A stretch of DNA of 64,000 nucleotides from Lama glama (lineage: Eukaryota). Below, one piece after another: positions 50,774 to 64,000 of the stretch. Numbering within the stretch: the stretch's first letter is position 1; each line of letters opens with the position of its first letter. Both the position numbers and the translations under genes were made by a program. The notes beneath the pieces are model-generated. The model saw only the letters and a list, made by a program, of their open reading frames with translations. It ran no database searches and was not told where the DNA came from. Location: the NCBI GenBank assembly GCA_028534125.1, contig CM052817.1, positions 26,662,001 through 26,726,000 on the forward strand, given 5' to 3'.

Positions 50774-53700
50774 CTAAGGGGTAAAAAAAAATTGCTAGTA
50801 ATGTTTTCTATTTCAATATAATTTTCATATATGCATGACTAATTTGGGGCCATTTTCTTCAAAAAACGAACTACCATTACTCTAATTATCATGTCCTCTA
50901 CAAACCAAGAGATGTGATCCTTTATTCCTCCTCCTATCCTTGAAGAAACAGGAACAGTGGGGAAAAAAACAAGGGACCAATTTCTTCCATGTGTTGTATC
51001 TTTCCCTCTGCCGTATTTAGAGCCCCCTACTCCACCTTCAAGATGAACAACACAATGTTTAGGAAGGAATACAGATGTAGTTTATATGTTATGCTTATAG
51101 GTTCACAAAGAGAAGAGGTGCCCTTTACAGAGATGATAATATCTAGCTCTTGGACCCCCTCCCCCTGCCCCCGATTTGGGGGCCTATGTCACACGACACT
51201 ATCGACCATCACACTCTTTCCTGCTGAATCCAAAGAGGCTGTCAAAAACCACTGAAACAAGCACTTCAGCCAACCACTACCAAATGACCAGAGCTGGTAT
51301 AAAAGTGACCTGTTACTCTGCCCTAAAATGTGGAGTTAAGACTCTTCTGAGGATGTTCTTTGCATGCAGAGTTCTACAAAAAATAGGATTGGGGGTCCTA
51401 GGATAATCTTAAAAGTTGTGATACAGAAAACATTCAAGTTAAGAAAAACTTAAGTTAGTTCAAAATAAGGGTATTTTGGATGAGACATTAAAACATATCC
51501 TAAGCACAAAACGTTTACCTTTGTTTCATATCTGTAAATGCAATCTGTTAAACTTCAGGAATATTCTCTCCTAACTACAGAGAGCCCTCATCAAGCCACC
51601 TGAGGGTCCACATAACTTCCAAGATTCAATATGGAATGGTGGCTGCAACACTAGACTGGGAGCCCCTAGAAGACTGGGGTTTTACCTTTAGCCCTGCCAT
51701 GCCTCGTTCTGTGTTCTCAGGCAAATCATTTCACCTGACTGAGCCAAAGTTTGCTCCCCTGAAGAAAAATAAAGGACAGTTTCAAACTGGTTTTTAATAT
51801 TTGTTTTGTCTTAATTCATTTTTTTTTTTAGGTGTAGCATCCTTTCTTTCACCAGAAATTTACCTAGATGCAGAAACAAACCGCTAAAACAAGGAGCTAG
51901 CCGAGCTGGAGGTAGGGGGTGATACGGGGAGGCATCTCCACCCATCCTGCTCCATCGTCCACTGGGGCTGTGTGGGGGCACCAGAGGATTCTCAGGTCTA
52001 CAGAGCACAATTTGGAACCTGCCGATTAAATAGCCTCCGAAGTCAGTTACAGCTCCAAAATTACTCTGCCATAACTATCTTGATATTGCAAAGACTGGTA
52101 AGGCATTCAGTAGGATCCAAAACTTCATAGGATCACAAGCCATAAAACTAAACCATGAGCTGGCTTTATTTAATCCTTATTATCAGTGACCTACTTAAAA
52201 AAAAAAAAGGCCTCACCCTCAAATAAATAAATCATAGAGTAATAGCTGTTAAACTCTGTACATCTCAAAGCGTATAATCCTCACCCACATCTGTGAGGAC
52301 TATTTCCTAAGGGCTGTATCCTGGATAATACCTGATGGTCAACATCACAGTGTCTGATAAATAAAAATAAATGTGCAAATTACAAACTGTGTCCTGAAAC
52401 TAATTCTACCCTGTCAAGGCAACAGAATAAAATGCAGACTGCTGAACAATTCATTTGCTAGCTACGTGAATCCAGACAAATTTATTTAACTTTTTCTGAG
52501 CCCCAGTTTCCCCATCGTTAAAGTGGAACTAATTTCTTGCAGGATTGTGTGGAGAACAGAGAAAGTATTTATAAAGCACTATTCCTGGCACATATAATTT
52601 GTGCAGAATTTTAATTTTTCGCTTTATAATGGCAAATTTTCCTTTTTGAAAAGTAATCATAGTAACGGGCATGTTAACTACTAATTAAAAGCAAATCACT
52701 AACATATAAATGAAATTATGGTTTTACATACTTCTGTGCTGTGTCTTAATGAGGGGAAGAAGTGCCTCTCACAACTATTCAAGTGGCAGAAAATTTTCCC
52801 CAAATAAAACACTTAGGCTCAACTGTCTGTTTCCAGAAAAATCTGATTTTCCAGAATAATTCCAAACACAATCCATTTACTAAAAGTTGTATTTTTGTTT
52901 TGTCATAAAAATCTTCAAGCAAAACCCACATGCCACTTTTTCCCTGTGGCTTCACCCTCCTCCTGACACAATATTGGGTACCCCAGGGCACCCCATCTGA
53001 GAAGTCCATCTTAGTATAAATCCTTCATATTACTGTGGAGGAAACTGTCTTACTGAAGGCCACCTAACTACATGTATTAATAAGATTTGTGGGGAAGTTC
53101 CTAGAGAAAAGAAATGGTTTCCAGACATTAACTGGGTTAATTAATTCACTCCAACCCCCTCACTCACTCCTTATTCTGTGAAAAAGCTATGGCTATTGAC
53201 CATTATATCACGGAGTCTTTAGGAAGACCAAATGGGGGAACTTTCCTAGATTCCAGTAGAAGAAAAAGCTATTCTGAGTAGAACACTTGGTTTGCTTTTA
53301 TTTTTTCAGGCATGTGAATCTTATGTTACTTATGGTCCTTCTTCAATAAATGGTGGGATCTGAGGGCAAACGTTTGTTGGCCTTAAGACAACTGTGGCAT
53401 CGTCTTAATTTGCTCACCCTGATTTTTTACCCTCTCTCCTTTATCTTGTCTACCTTATGTAGTTTTGAAAGCTATTTCAAATCCATTTTTGGAATGAGGC
53501 AGGGTATAAATAAAATATGTGAAATTAATCAATGCATTTTTTCCAAAAAGATGTCCATCAAGTTCTATGTCCCGTTCTGCTTCTCCCAACTCTCACTCAT
53601 AAATCTAGGCTAAAAATAACTTTCTCACCCCATGCCTCCAACCAAGGAACGAGAATTCTATTTTTAAAAACAAATCCTCTCTAAAGGTAAATGAACTCCC

Positions 53701-56700
53701 CACACCCAGGGGTGCTAGTACACGGGCCTAAAGCTGCCAGGGCAAGAGTCTGGTAACAGAGTTCTGGTTCTCACTCTGTCATCAGCAGTGTTTGACCACA
53801 GACATGCCACCTTCTGGCGTCAGCATCCTAACTCCACACATGAGAGTTATTACAAAGATAAAAGTGAGACACTGCATTTGAAAGCATCTTACAAACTGCC
53901 AACCATCAGCTCCTGCCTGGATGGCTACAGCAGCCTCCCAGCTGACTTGGTCCCATCTACTCTTGCCTACTGCAATCAATCTAGCTCTCATGGAGACAAA
54001 GTGACCATTTAAAAACATACAGTTTGACCACGTCACCCTCCTGCAAAGATCAAGTCTAAACAAGTTAGGCTGATATATAGGGTAGGGAAGGCTTATTCAC
54101 AAGGTATGTAACTTAATAATATTAATAAAACAATTAACATTCCCTGAGAAGTTATTATAAACCAGACACTGAGCTAAACATTTCAAGTACATTGTCTTAT
54201 TTAATCATTACTACAACCCCACGAAGCAGATTCTATGGTTACACTCGTTCTGGAGATGAAGGAACTAAACAGAGGAAGGCTGCCCATTTGCTCAAGTCCC
54301 TTAACTGTAAATGATGAAGTTGGGATTTAAACCCAGGATTCTGACGCCAGAATCTGTGTGCTTAATTATTCTGCACTATGGAAGAATCCAATTGCTTCTA
54401 CCCCCAGTCTGGAAGAGTAGAAAATTAAAACTTGTGTTATAACAAAAATGACAAGTTACATATATTTATATTGTAGTTTCAGAGTCATTTATGAGAAGTC
54501 AAAACTGTGAATGGCAAACCCATGGATTCCCAAGACCCACCATCCAAGAATTTTTTGAAGAGTCCCAATACTCAACTTTAAACAGTAAAAGATATTCTTG
54601 ACTTGGGTTAGAAATAAAGATAGGAGTTTGACTTTTTGGATGAAGTATAGAGAATGTTAGATAATCCTAAGTGTCATGGGCTCAGAAACACCTGGTTACC
54701 CAATTTGTTCTTGAGATTCTTGAAAAGCTGGCACATTTGGGGAGGTTTTTGAGAAATCAGAGATCCATGAAAAGTGTAAACAGAGCCTGCAATTTCGCTT
54801 TCTACAGTTCTCAATATTCTCTAATCACACTGTTCTTTCTTGCTAACATTGAACAAAATTATTTACCTCTTTCAGAAGTGAGGAGAACGAACACGCCAAC
54901 ATTCCCATCATAGAAACTATTTTTAAAATGAACACAAATTACGTCTGATTCATAGGTGGTGGTTATTGAGATATCACTCCCCACCCCCTCCATCTTTGTG
55001 CGTTGACATTTGACCCTTTTTATACTGTGCACCTTGTACCAGTGAAACCTAAGGCACCAGCTAGTTACTCATTAAACTTGGGTGCCAAGGGCTGACTTGT
55101 ACAAATTACACTGTTAACTGCCTGGCCTGGTATGTGTGCAGAAGTGGAAAAAGCAATCATCATAGCTGTGAAATTCTGTCGTATCGGCAGAATTGAAATA
55201 TAAATTGCAGCAATTCGTGCCTGACCTCTGATCTTGTGAAGTTAGTCTAAACCTTTGAACCTCAGCTTGGAATTGAGAAACAGCATTTACTTGCACCAGA
55301 AAAGATGGCTAGCAAGTATTCTGTGCTGTGAATAGTTAACCCTGTGACTGGTGGTCCACCTCCACCAAAGAGTCAACCAGAATAAGAGACTTATTTAGGA
55401 AGGAGATCTTGAGAGTACATGTCTCATAAAATGGCAGTAGGAATAACTCTAATAGAAGTAGAAACTTTCAGGAGGCAAATCTTTTCAAGGAGTATATAAA
55501 AATAATTGTTAAAAAGGGGGAAACTGAGATAACCAAAATTATTTGGCATTTATACCTATTGATAATATGTGCTTAAAAAATTCTCATCACAAATTAGGCA
55601 AAGAGAGAGTTTTAACTAAATACTTTAACTTTTTAAAAACCTTTTTACCAAATGGTACCATCTCTCATGTATTTTTAAACAAGTATATTATCTAATTTCT
55701 GTTATAAAATACATTAAGCCATCTCTGGGAAAAAGCAACCATGGGAAATCAGTTACACTTTTCTTAGAATCCAAACTTACTTTCTGGTAGTAAACATTAG
55801 ATGTAGGCTAATGAATAAATACAATAACATGTTCTTAATGTATACATTTTGTCACATTGATTCATCATTTTATTCACAATGAAGAGGCTTTTGCTTCTCA
55901 GAATTAGCTTCAAATGCTATTCAAATTGCTGCATTTCCAGGTAGGAGAAGTGAATAAAGATTCTTTATCTCTGGTTTCCTTGAGTTAATATTAGAAATTA
56001 AATAATGCATAAGATATACCAAACTATTCCTTCTAGTAAAAGTGAAACTAATTTGTATAGTCTTTAAGGTATATAATTTATATTTAACTAATTCCATTTT
56101 ATAAACTTTGCTATTGGTTTGAGAAAATGATTAATACAACAGTCTTCTTATACCAGAACTTTTCTCAGAGGAAACGTCATTATTGCTAACCTTTACGTAG
56201 TAACAACTATCAAATACTAATTCCATCAGTTTCTTATTCTTATCACATACATATATTTTTTAAAGTCACAAATTTCTTCTCTAAGGATTGACTCTGAAAT
56301 GACTTTGGAAAATAAATGCAAATATTGTTGATAAATTCCTGCTTTTTAATCCCACAATTAAAACAGCAGCAATCTATGAAAACATGACTCTCCTTAACCT
56401 AGTTTTTTCAAGTGTGTTAAAATGAAGAGATGCTAGACAAACTGATTTTTTTGTTTTTTAATGTTCTTAACTTCAGAATTTTGGTTTTGTTTCTGGTAAG
56501 GCAAATTGTGCAGCATTTGAAACTCTCACAAACTTCCAATTTTTTTACCTTCAATTAAGAGCAAAATGGATCATTTGTTTATTCAACCTGACCTAAATTA
56601 CTTTAACCAAACACAAAACCATCTCCTCCTCTCTTCCAATTACAACAAATAAGGTGTTCCCTACCTTTCCAGTCTTGAAATCAGGATGCGACAGGCTAAT

Positions 56701-59700
56701 GGTAACAAAAGCTTTGCTTAAGCAAACTTCGCTCCTGATCCCAGGAACTGTGTAACGCTGTTATACATGGCACACCTCTCCTCATTGGTCAATGAGCTTT
56801 GGCCACTTAAATGCCTTGGGAGTCATTTCCTAAGGGCACCTGTAATGAACTTGAGTGGGTGGTACAGAAAGAAGGGAGGTGTTAAAATCGCCAGATACAA
56901 AACTGCTCAATAGCAGTCTGAAAATTTAACAGCAAACCTACTGTAACACATGGATCCAGGGACAGCCCAAGAAGACAAATGCTCTGACGTTTAATAGAGA
57001 AGGAAATTTAATTCGCATGCAATGCTGACTCAAAGGAAACACATGATTTTTTAAAATTCACCTTCCTAGAAACAAGATGGATGCCCATTACCTTGTTCTG
57101 CTGGGTGCAGACAAGGAAACAGTAATTCTTGCTTCACCAGAGTTGCTGAGTTTTAAGCATTTTATGTATGAACACACATAAAGTGCTTAGAAACTTTCCT
57201 GGCATATAGAAAGTACTCAAAAAATGTTACTGTGATTTCTTAGAAATGTTCTATTTTTAGCAATTGTTGGGTTTTCTTCTTCTCATTATATCTAGGGTAG
57301 GTAACCTGGATGAGGACCCTTTATCTTTTCTCCTAATCACTACCAACAATTGGGTTTGTGATACGCCTGGCAGAAAAAAGATACAGGCAAAAAATCACAT
57401 GAGAACTAAACCCTCATTTTATTTTACTTTATCAGTTTGGAGCTGGAAATGAATTTACTGCTAAGAAGCGTAGAAAAATAGAAGGGGCAGAGAAAGAAGA
57501 AGGAAAATGTAAAACATAATTCATGATAATAAAAACAGTCTGTACATAACAACGGACCAGGAGGACCCGAAGCACTTAAGCAGAGTAAATATGCTCCTTT
57601 TCAAGCAGGGAAAGGATGGAACCTCCCGAGAGGCTGTTTGCCAGTTCAGGCAGCTGGGAGATCAGGGGAGAAGGGACCAGAAGATGGACTTGAGGAGGGC
57701 TCCAAAAAGCTATCGGGTGGTATCTGAGACCATCTGAACCAGGATTACCCTGAGCTCCACGGCATGCAAAGAGAGAAACAAATCTGTAACTCTTCCTAAA
57801 GCAAGCATTTCAAAGATGTGGTCTCATATTTTCGCTTAGTTGCTATTCTATAATTGTTAGCCTTAATAATTCCTATAAACCCTAGGAATTTGAAGTAACA
57901 AGGATAGGAAGTAAAAAGGCCAGAGTAAAAAAGAAAGTTTTAAATCCATTTATCTACCTATATTTTTTAAGAGAGACAGTTTTATTACTCCCAAATGAAA
58001 TAATCTAAAGCTATCAATAGTGACTAAAAAATTATCAGTAGGTTACTTAGTAAAGGGTCAAAATCCAGAACAAGTCTAAGATTATAATCATGTTAAATAT
58101 TATATAAAGCTAAATTGCTAGGTTCTAATTAAAGGAAAATTGAAGCAATCTATCAATAATACTGAGGCAGTGTTTCAAAAAAAGCTACTGACTTTACACT
58201 AAATTCCTTTTGACTGCAAAAGAGACTCAGAAAATCTGCCTTTATGTAAGAGTAATTGAGTATATTATATAAGAATTTTTATAAATTCTGGGTGTGTGAT
58301 GTGCGTTAAGCATTAGGAAGAGTGTTTTGGTTTGGACTTGGTGTAGGAATGGGTGCTTGTCAGGCGTGTGAGTACATGCGTGTGTGTGTGCATGCACACG
58401 CATTCCTATATCAAACATTACCCAGAACACAAAAATGTAGGAAACAAACCATCTCAAGAGGATAAATTTTAAGAGTAAAGTGGTAAGGACAGGGCAGCTT
58501 TTCACTGAATACCTGAAAGCAATCATTTCAATTACAGCCTGCTCTAAATAAAAAATAAGCAACTTCTTCCTGACTTTGCTTTGAACAGAGTTAATTTAAA
58601 AAACACACAGGTAACTATGGTCTCTGCACAAACAATGCACCCAAGTTATTACAAAGGTACACAATACAGAAAAGGACACAGAAAAGGTAATAATCATCCC
58701 TTCTGCGGGCACTGACACTGACCCCTATTACATAGCCCTCGACGCAGGCAAAGGTATATGCCAGTGGCATCCTGTAGACATGTGCTGCATTTGCTGCCAT
58801 AACTTCTCATAGATCTGGTTTGAAACAAGCTTAAATCAGCACAGGAGGAGCTTCCTTTGTCTTAACAAAGCACCTTTGTTTTTAGAGTGGATGACAGCAG
58901 GCATATCTGAGGTCTGAGACTGGAGACAAAAAAAAAAAAAATACAGGCCTGAAATAGAAGCTTGAGATAAGATCAGCTCTAAGGTAGATCTGGAAAAAGG
59001 AGTAACAAGATTCATGAAGCACGGGTGAAGACAAGCTGTGCAGCCAGGAAATTATTATGTGGGCTATTTTAAATATATGTAATATCTATCTTGGTCCCCT
59101 TTACATTCTACTAAGAGAACATTCTTTTTTATTTCAACTTACTTAAAGGCTATAAAGATATAGCCAATGTAAAGAGCAAGTCGATGTGTGTTTGCTCTGT
59201 ATTTGATAGTGGTAAGCAGTTTTCCAGAAGTAAATTTTACACTATGTATTTAGAATTTCAAAACCTTTGCTGGAATTGGTTATTGTATTAATAATGTATG
59301 ACTAAAGCATAAGGAGAAGAAATTATACACACACACCCACACACACCTATATATGCACTGAGGCACTAGCCTTCATCTGAAAAAAATGACTATTGGCACT
59401 GAAGCCATATACCTGTTTGGGTAGTGTCAGCACCAATAGTTGGCCATGACCCTAACTAGTCGACATTGCAAGATTGAGCTCAAAGAGCTGAAGGGATGCA
59501 GGTATACATGGGAGAGTCCTCCTGAAGAATGCATGTGACACACAGAACCCACCAGAAGAATGGCAATATTATAAAAGGATTAACACCTCCAGGACAGCCG
59601 TTGGTTTCTATGTACACGCATATGAGACCTTGCCCTCAGCAGCATGCACTGTTAATGTCCCTTTACCTGCCCTCTTCCATCACTACTTTAGACCAAAAAG

Positions 59701-60179
59701 CCTTTCTCCACATTTGCAGAGCAGTATCCACAAACCTGCATGATTAAAAGCACCATCGTATTATCTTGCAGTTAATTTGTTAAATTCCCCATTAACAGTA
59801 TCAACAGGAAGAATGAAAGAATGGGCATTGCCATATCTGGATGAAGAGTTTACCTTATCTGGACATTAGGACAGGATCAAAGGGCTTTCGTTTTAAAATT
59901 AAAAACAATATCCTATCAGATCTCAAATAATTTTTTCCAATTTGCCACTTAGAGCTTCACTTTGTCTATGATGCCACTGACATACATAATTTTTAATGTG
60001 AACGGTATAAACCATTTCCTTCATGTTTTGTCCTTTTTGTGCCCCATTTAAGAAATCCTCCTTATCCTGAATCAATAAAGATATTCTCTCATTTTAAAAC
60101 AAACAAACAAACAAACAGTATCCTCTCAATTGGCACAATTGCTTTAAAGAGTAAAATTATAACAATAACTAATACTTGT

Positions 60180-60395
60180 GCATTTCATGCACTCAATAAT
60201 CTCAAGTACCTTCTAAGTGTCAGGCACTGTTCTAGGTACTGGGGCTATAACAGTTAGCAAAACAGGCAAAAATCCCTGCCCTTATAAACCCGATAGTCTC
60301 ATGGGGGAGACACTGAACAAATAAATCAATAAAATATATAGTAGGTTAGATTGTGAAAGAACTAAAGAGAGAATAGCAGAGAAGGAGAATAGTAG
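60180..60395 (+). mobile_element. LINE-2 3' fragment
   Basis: caggcactgttctaggtactggggctataacag...aaaacaggcaaaaatccctgccctt. Confidence 0.7.
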
Positions 60396-63300
60396 TGTGT
60401 GTGTGTATGCGTGTGTATGTGTGTGTGTCGGGGAGGGAGGGGAATGTCCCACCTGGTCTCTGTCTTACAAGGGAAAATATATTTTTTATTATTATTACTG
60501 TAAAAATTAAGCTTATGAATCCATTAGGTTTCTAGTGGGATATGCTCTTAAAGCATATATCTAAACTCATTTAAATTATATGTCAAGTACTTCCTGCTTG
60601 CATAGCAGTAGCTATTTAACGTGGACACAGGCAAGGTAGCAGAGATCTTACATTCAGCAGTAAGGGCCAGGTAGGTGGTACAATGGAAAGAAACCCAAGA
60701 GAGAACAATATGCTTTGGGATGACTGTTGTAAAATAAAATGAGTGTTCCTCTACCTTCTCAGGTTAGCCGAACTTCAAAGGGTTTACACTGGCCAGGCTG
60801 GGCTGCGGGGGGCTCTCCACTCACCCTCACTCTAGCTCACCCCTCCACCCCCTTTCAACCACAGTCTTCAGGTCCACCTTTACTGGGGATACTGAGTCCT
60901 TTTCCCTTAGAAATGTTCACCATGACAGGGAACCCTGACTCAGAGACAGCAGGAAGAGAGAGGACCAGGACTATTAACTTTTCTTCAGTCTCAGGTTCCA
61001 GCATCCCACCCTGGGTGAGTTAATCCAGAAGCTTTGTAACATTATATGCTATTATGTCTACTACAGAGCCTGTCTTTAACTTCTCAGACAAAGCACATGA
61101 GAGAATTATCCAATAAAATAAAGTATAACCCCACCTCATATCCAACCAGCTCCTTCCCTCCCAAGCTTTACTCACGCAAGGGGTACTTCTTTTTTTCACT
61201 CTAAAATGTGTATCTGTCACAAAGGCAGTGATTCTAGTGTTTTTCATTTTCCTGTGTAATGGACAGTCATGAGGAGCCCACGGACTTCAAGCTCCTGTGT
61301 TCATTACACACAACACTGACAAGAGTACATTGGTGAGGCAGCCAATGAAGAGGCAGAATCACCACCTACATTTCCTGTCTAACTTTCACTTAAATTTATC
61401 TATCACCTCCATCTGAAATAAAATCGCAGTAGCTAACTTCTCTCTATAACCCTTATCAGATACAAGTCACTATTACTAAGTGCTTCACATACACTAACAC
61501 ATGCACTCCTCATAAACACATTTTGTGGTGGGTACTACTATTGTCCCATTTGACAGCTGAGTAAACTAAGGCGCAAGAAATAAAGTAACTTGACCAAGAC
61601 AAGCAGCTAGTAAATAGTGGAGAGAATTTGAAACCAGCCATTCTGGCTCTTAGAGACCACATTTTACTGCCTCTAGATAAGGAAATAATTTCCCTTCCTT
61701 CCTCTCTTTTTTTTAATTACCTGTATGTCTCTAGCCACCTCCCCACCCTCACCTCGCTGCTCTGACCCTGCCAGAGACAGGCACTTCTGTCCTTGCCAGA
61801 AAAGCTTTGAAACTTTGGAGATGGTACCTCTGGAGCCAGGGAAAGTTTTAACATTTGGTCAGTAAAACATTAACTTCTAAAAGCCAACAAAAGCTAATTT
61901 AAATCTAAAGAAAAGTCTCTTTGCTTTTTCTGCCTAAGCTTTCACCCTGTCCTAGGCAGTATTCTTCATGAATTCTTTGAACCCTGTTAGGTTCTGTAGT
62001 GGTCCCTTCCTGCCCCTCTAACACAGCAAACTGTAGTGTCTCATCCTTACTCGTCTCTAACCCTATGTACCCTGTGGCAGTTTTAACAGACTTTTTGTTT
62101 TCAAAAGAGGAAGTTCAGAATAAATACTGAATGCAGGTGGAGAGACGATACCTATTACAAAGTCATAAATAATGTGTCAAATCCAAGCCCCGTGTCTCAC
62201 TTTCACTAAAGAAAAGCCAGCTACGTTGTCATAATGTAAAAGTAGATTCCCCACCCCCTCTTTAGAATGGGCAGTCCGGTTAACAAGAGCTCAGGAAGTG
62301 TGTCGTTTTGCAAAGTATTATGCAAGTTTCGCTCTTTAATAATTAAACAGTGTAATAATTTCCTCAAAATTACCACAGAAATCTCCTACCATTCTGGATT
62401 TAGCGAGTACCGTGTTTACTTTCAATAACATTCCGGGGCGTATTCAAGCACGGGGGGGAAAAAGCAGTCAGAGACCTGGACCCTGATGTGGGTTCTATTA
62501 ACTAGGAGCTAATCATCTTTTTGATGAGACAGTTAAATGTCAAACAATTAAACATAAAATACAGGGCAAAACGCAGCACCACATGCTGTGCAGGCACTAA
62601 GAGCTACAGAGTCAGGCAGGGAACATTATCAAATTGACCAGAATCCATGGGCAAAGCTTCCTGCCAGAGATGCTGGTAGCCTGCATTCTGATTTCCATCT
62701 ATTAGGTTACAAACCCTGGCAATCACAAACCCCACAACTTTAAAACATGCACTTCTCTGTATCTGTTTACTTTGTAATTAAAAAACAAGAAACAAAACGC
62801 ATTTCCCTGAAGAATTTTTCTATTCCAAGAATTGAGTATTATCAATACTGGCATTAACCTTCAACATAATATATTTTATAAACATAATACCTTAATCAAC
62901 CAAGAGATTGAATCTTGTCTGGGTCTTGAATAGCTGGTAAGGTACTAAATAAGTTATGTTGTCTTTAAAAGACTGTGAATATTTTTTCTTAAGACCTTTG
63001 GGTTCAGTTCCTGTTTAAGCTTATCTGTTCAACATACTTTTGCCACTTTAGAAAAGGAGCTCTTATTTTTTGAGAATATGAAAGTAAATATTCTAAAGGA
63101 AAAAAATGTCTTAAATATGGAAATAATACAAAACTATGCAAAAGAAGAATCTAGCAGATTTAAACTTTAGCTGCTGTGGATCTATAAACACTGGTTCGGT
63201 CATTAATTAGAAACATGAAGACATCTTTAAAGGATCAATGGCAAGGCTGATCAGTTTAGACAGAGGGCTAAAATTAGCAGGGAGTGTATGTTCAAGAAAA

Positions 63301-63409
63301 AGAACAACATAAAATAGTACTGAAGCAAGTAGTTTAGACATAATGAACCATTTTCTATGAGAAACTGGTAACTTCTCAAGACACTCAATTTTGAACTGGT
63401 TATATGAGA

Positions 63410-64000
63410 CATTCAATCATTCAACAAATGGTTACTGGTCATCGACTGTCTTTGTTCTAGACCCTGAAGATAAAGTGATGACCAAGACAGACAAGGTCCT
63501 TCCTGTTACGCTGGGGAAACAGAATCAACAAGCTTTGTTATTGTTTTGATGTTTTGGGGAGGGGGCGTGGTGAAAAATGCAATGAGGAAGAATAAAGCAG
63601 GGTTAGGAGGAAGAATAAAGCAGGGTTAGGAGGAAAAACTGGGGGCTCTTTTGGTTACAGTGGTCAGGGAAATCCTTTCTCTCTTGAGTAGAGACTGGAT
63701 GAAGGAAAGAACAAGCAGTTTGAAGACCCAGAGATAAAGCCTTCCAGACAGAAGGAAAGACAGCAGCGGGGGAGCAAGCTTGGGGTATCTGAAGACTAGC
63801 AAGAAACAGGCATTGAGGCTGAAATAGACTGAGCAGGGCAGGCGGGGGTCAGATGACGGCCTTATTGTCAAGGACTCTGGTTCTGTTGGGCTGAATGGAG
63901 GATTCTGAGCAGAGAAGTGATGAGATCTGATTTTCTTTTTCTTAAGATCACTCAGGTGTGGAAAAGAGATCACAGGCATGTAAAGGAGTAAGCAGAGAGA
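63410..64000 (+). mobile_element. LINE-2 fragment running off the window edge
   Basis: cattcaacaaatggttactg...agacagacaaggtccttcct...gagcagagaagtgatgagatctga. Confidence 0.7.

Noticed and set aside
1..64000. CRISPR arrays, operons or other prokaryote-type systems
   Set aside because: The sequence is clearly mammalian, and I saw no regularly spaced repeat-spacer structure.

Overview
Mammalian genomic DNA, most likely a camelid (three tRNA-derived SINEs resembling camelid Vic-1). The window holds the 3' part of RBM47, the three-RRM RNA-binding protein and APOBEC1 C-to-U editing cofactor, on the minus strand. I reconstructed a 124-nt 5'UTR exon (50773-50650) and four coding exons (31890-30762, 29892-29686, 27259-27063, 22656-22417). 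All junctions are GT-AG and phase-compatible, giving a 1773-nt CDS (590 aa). A ~2.6-kb 3'UTR ends after an AATAAA at 19862-19857. The main promoter is not evident and probably lies beyond the right edge. The rest is intronic or intergenic DNA full of L1, L2, MIR, MaLR and MER/Tigger fragments. I found no convincing new biological system. The best second-look items are a tRNA-Gly(TCC) fragment captured inside an old L1, a 5-codon uORF whose stop overlaps the RBM47 start codon (ATGA), a NAGNAG acceptor on a frame-preserving cassette exon, a possible intronic-polyadenylation route to an RRM-only isoform, a miRNA-site-dense 3'UTR, and candidate HNF1/HNF4/CTCF elements. Repeat family names, repeat boundaries and comparisons to human come from my recall, not from searches, and should be verified.
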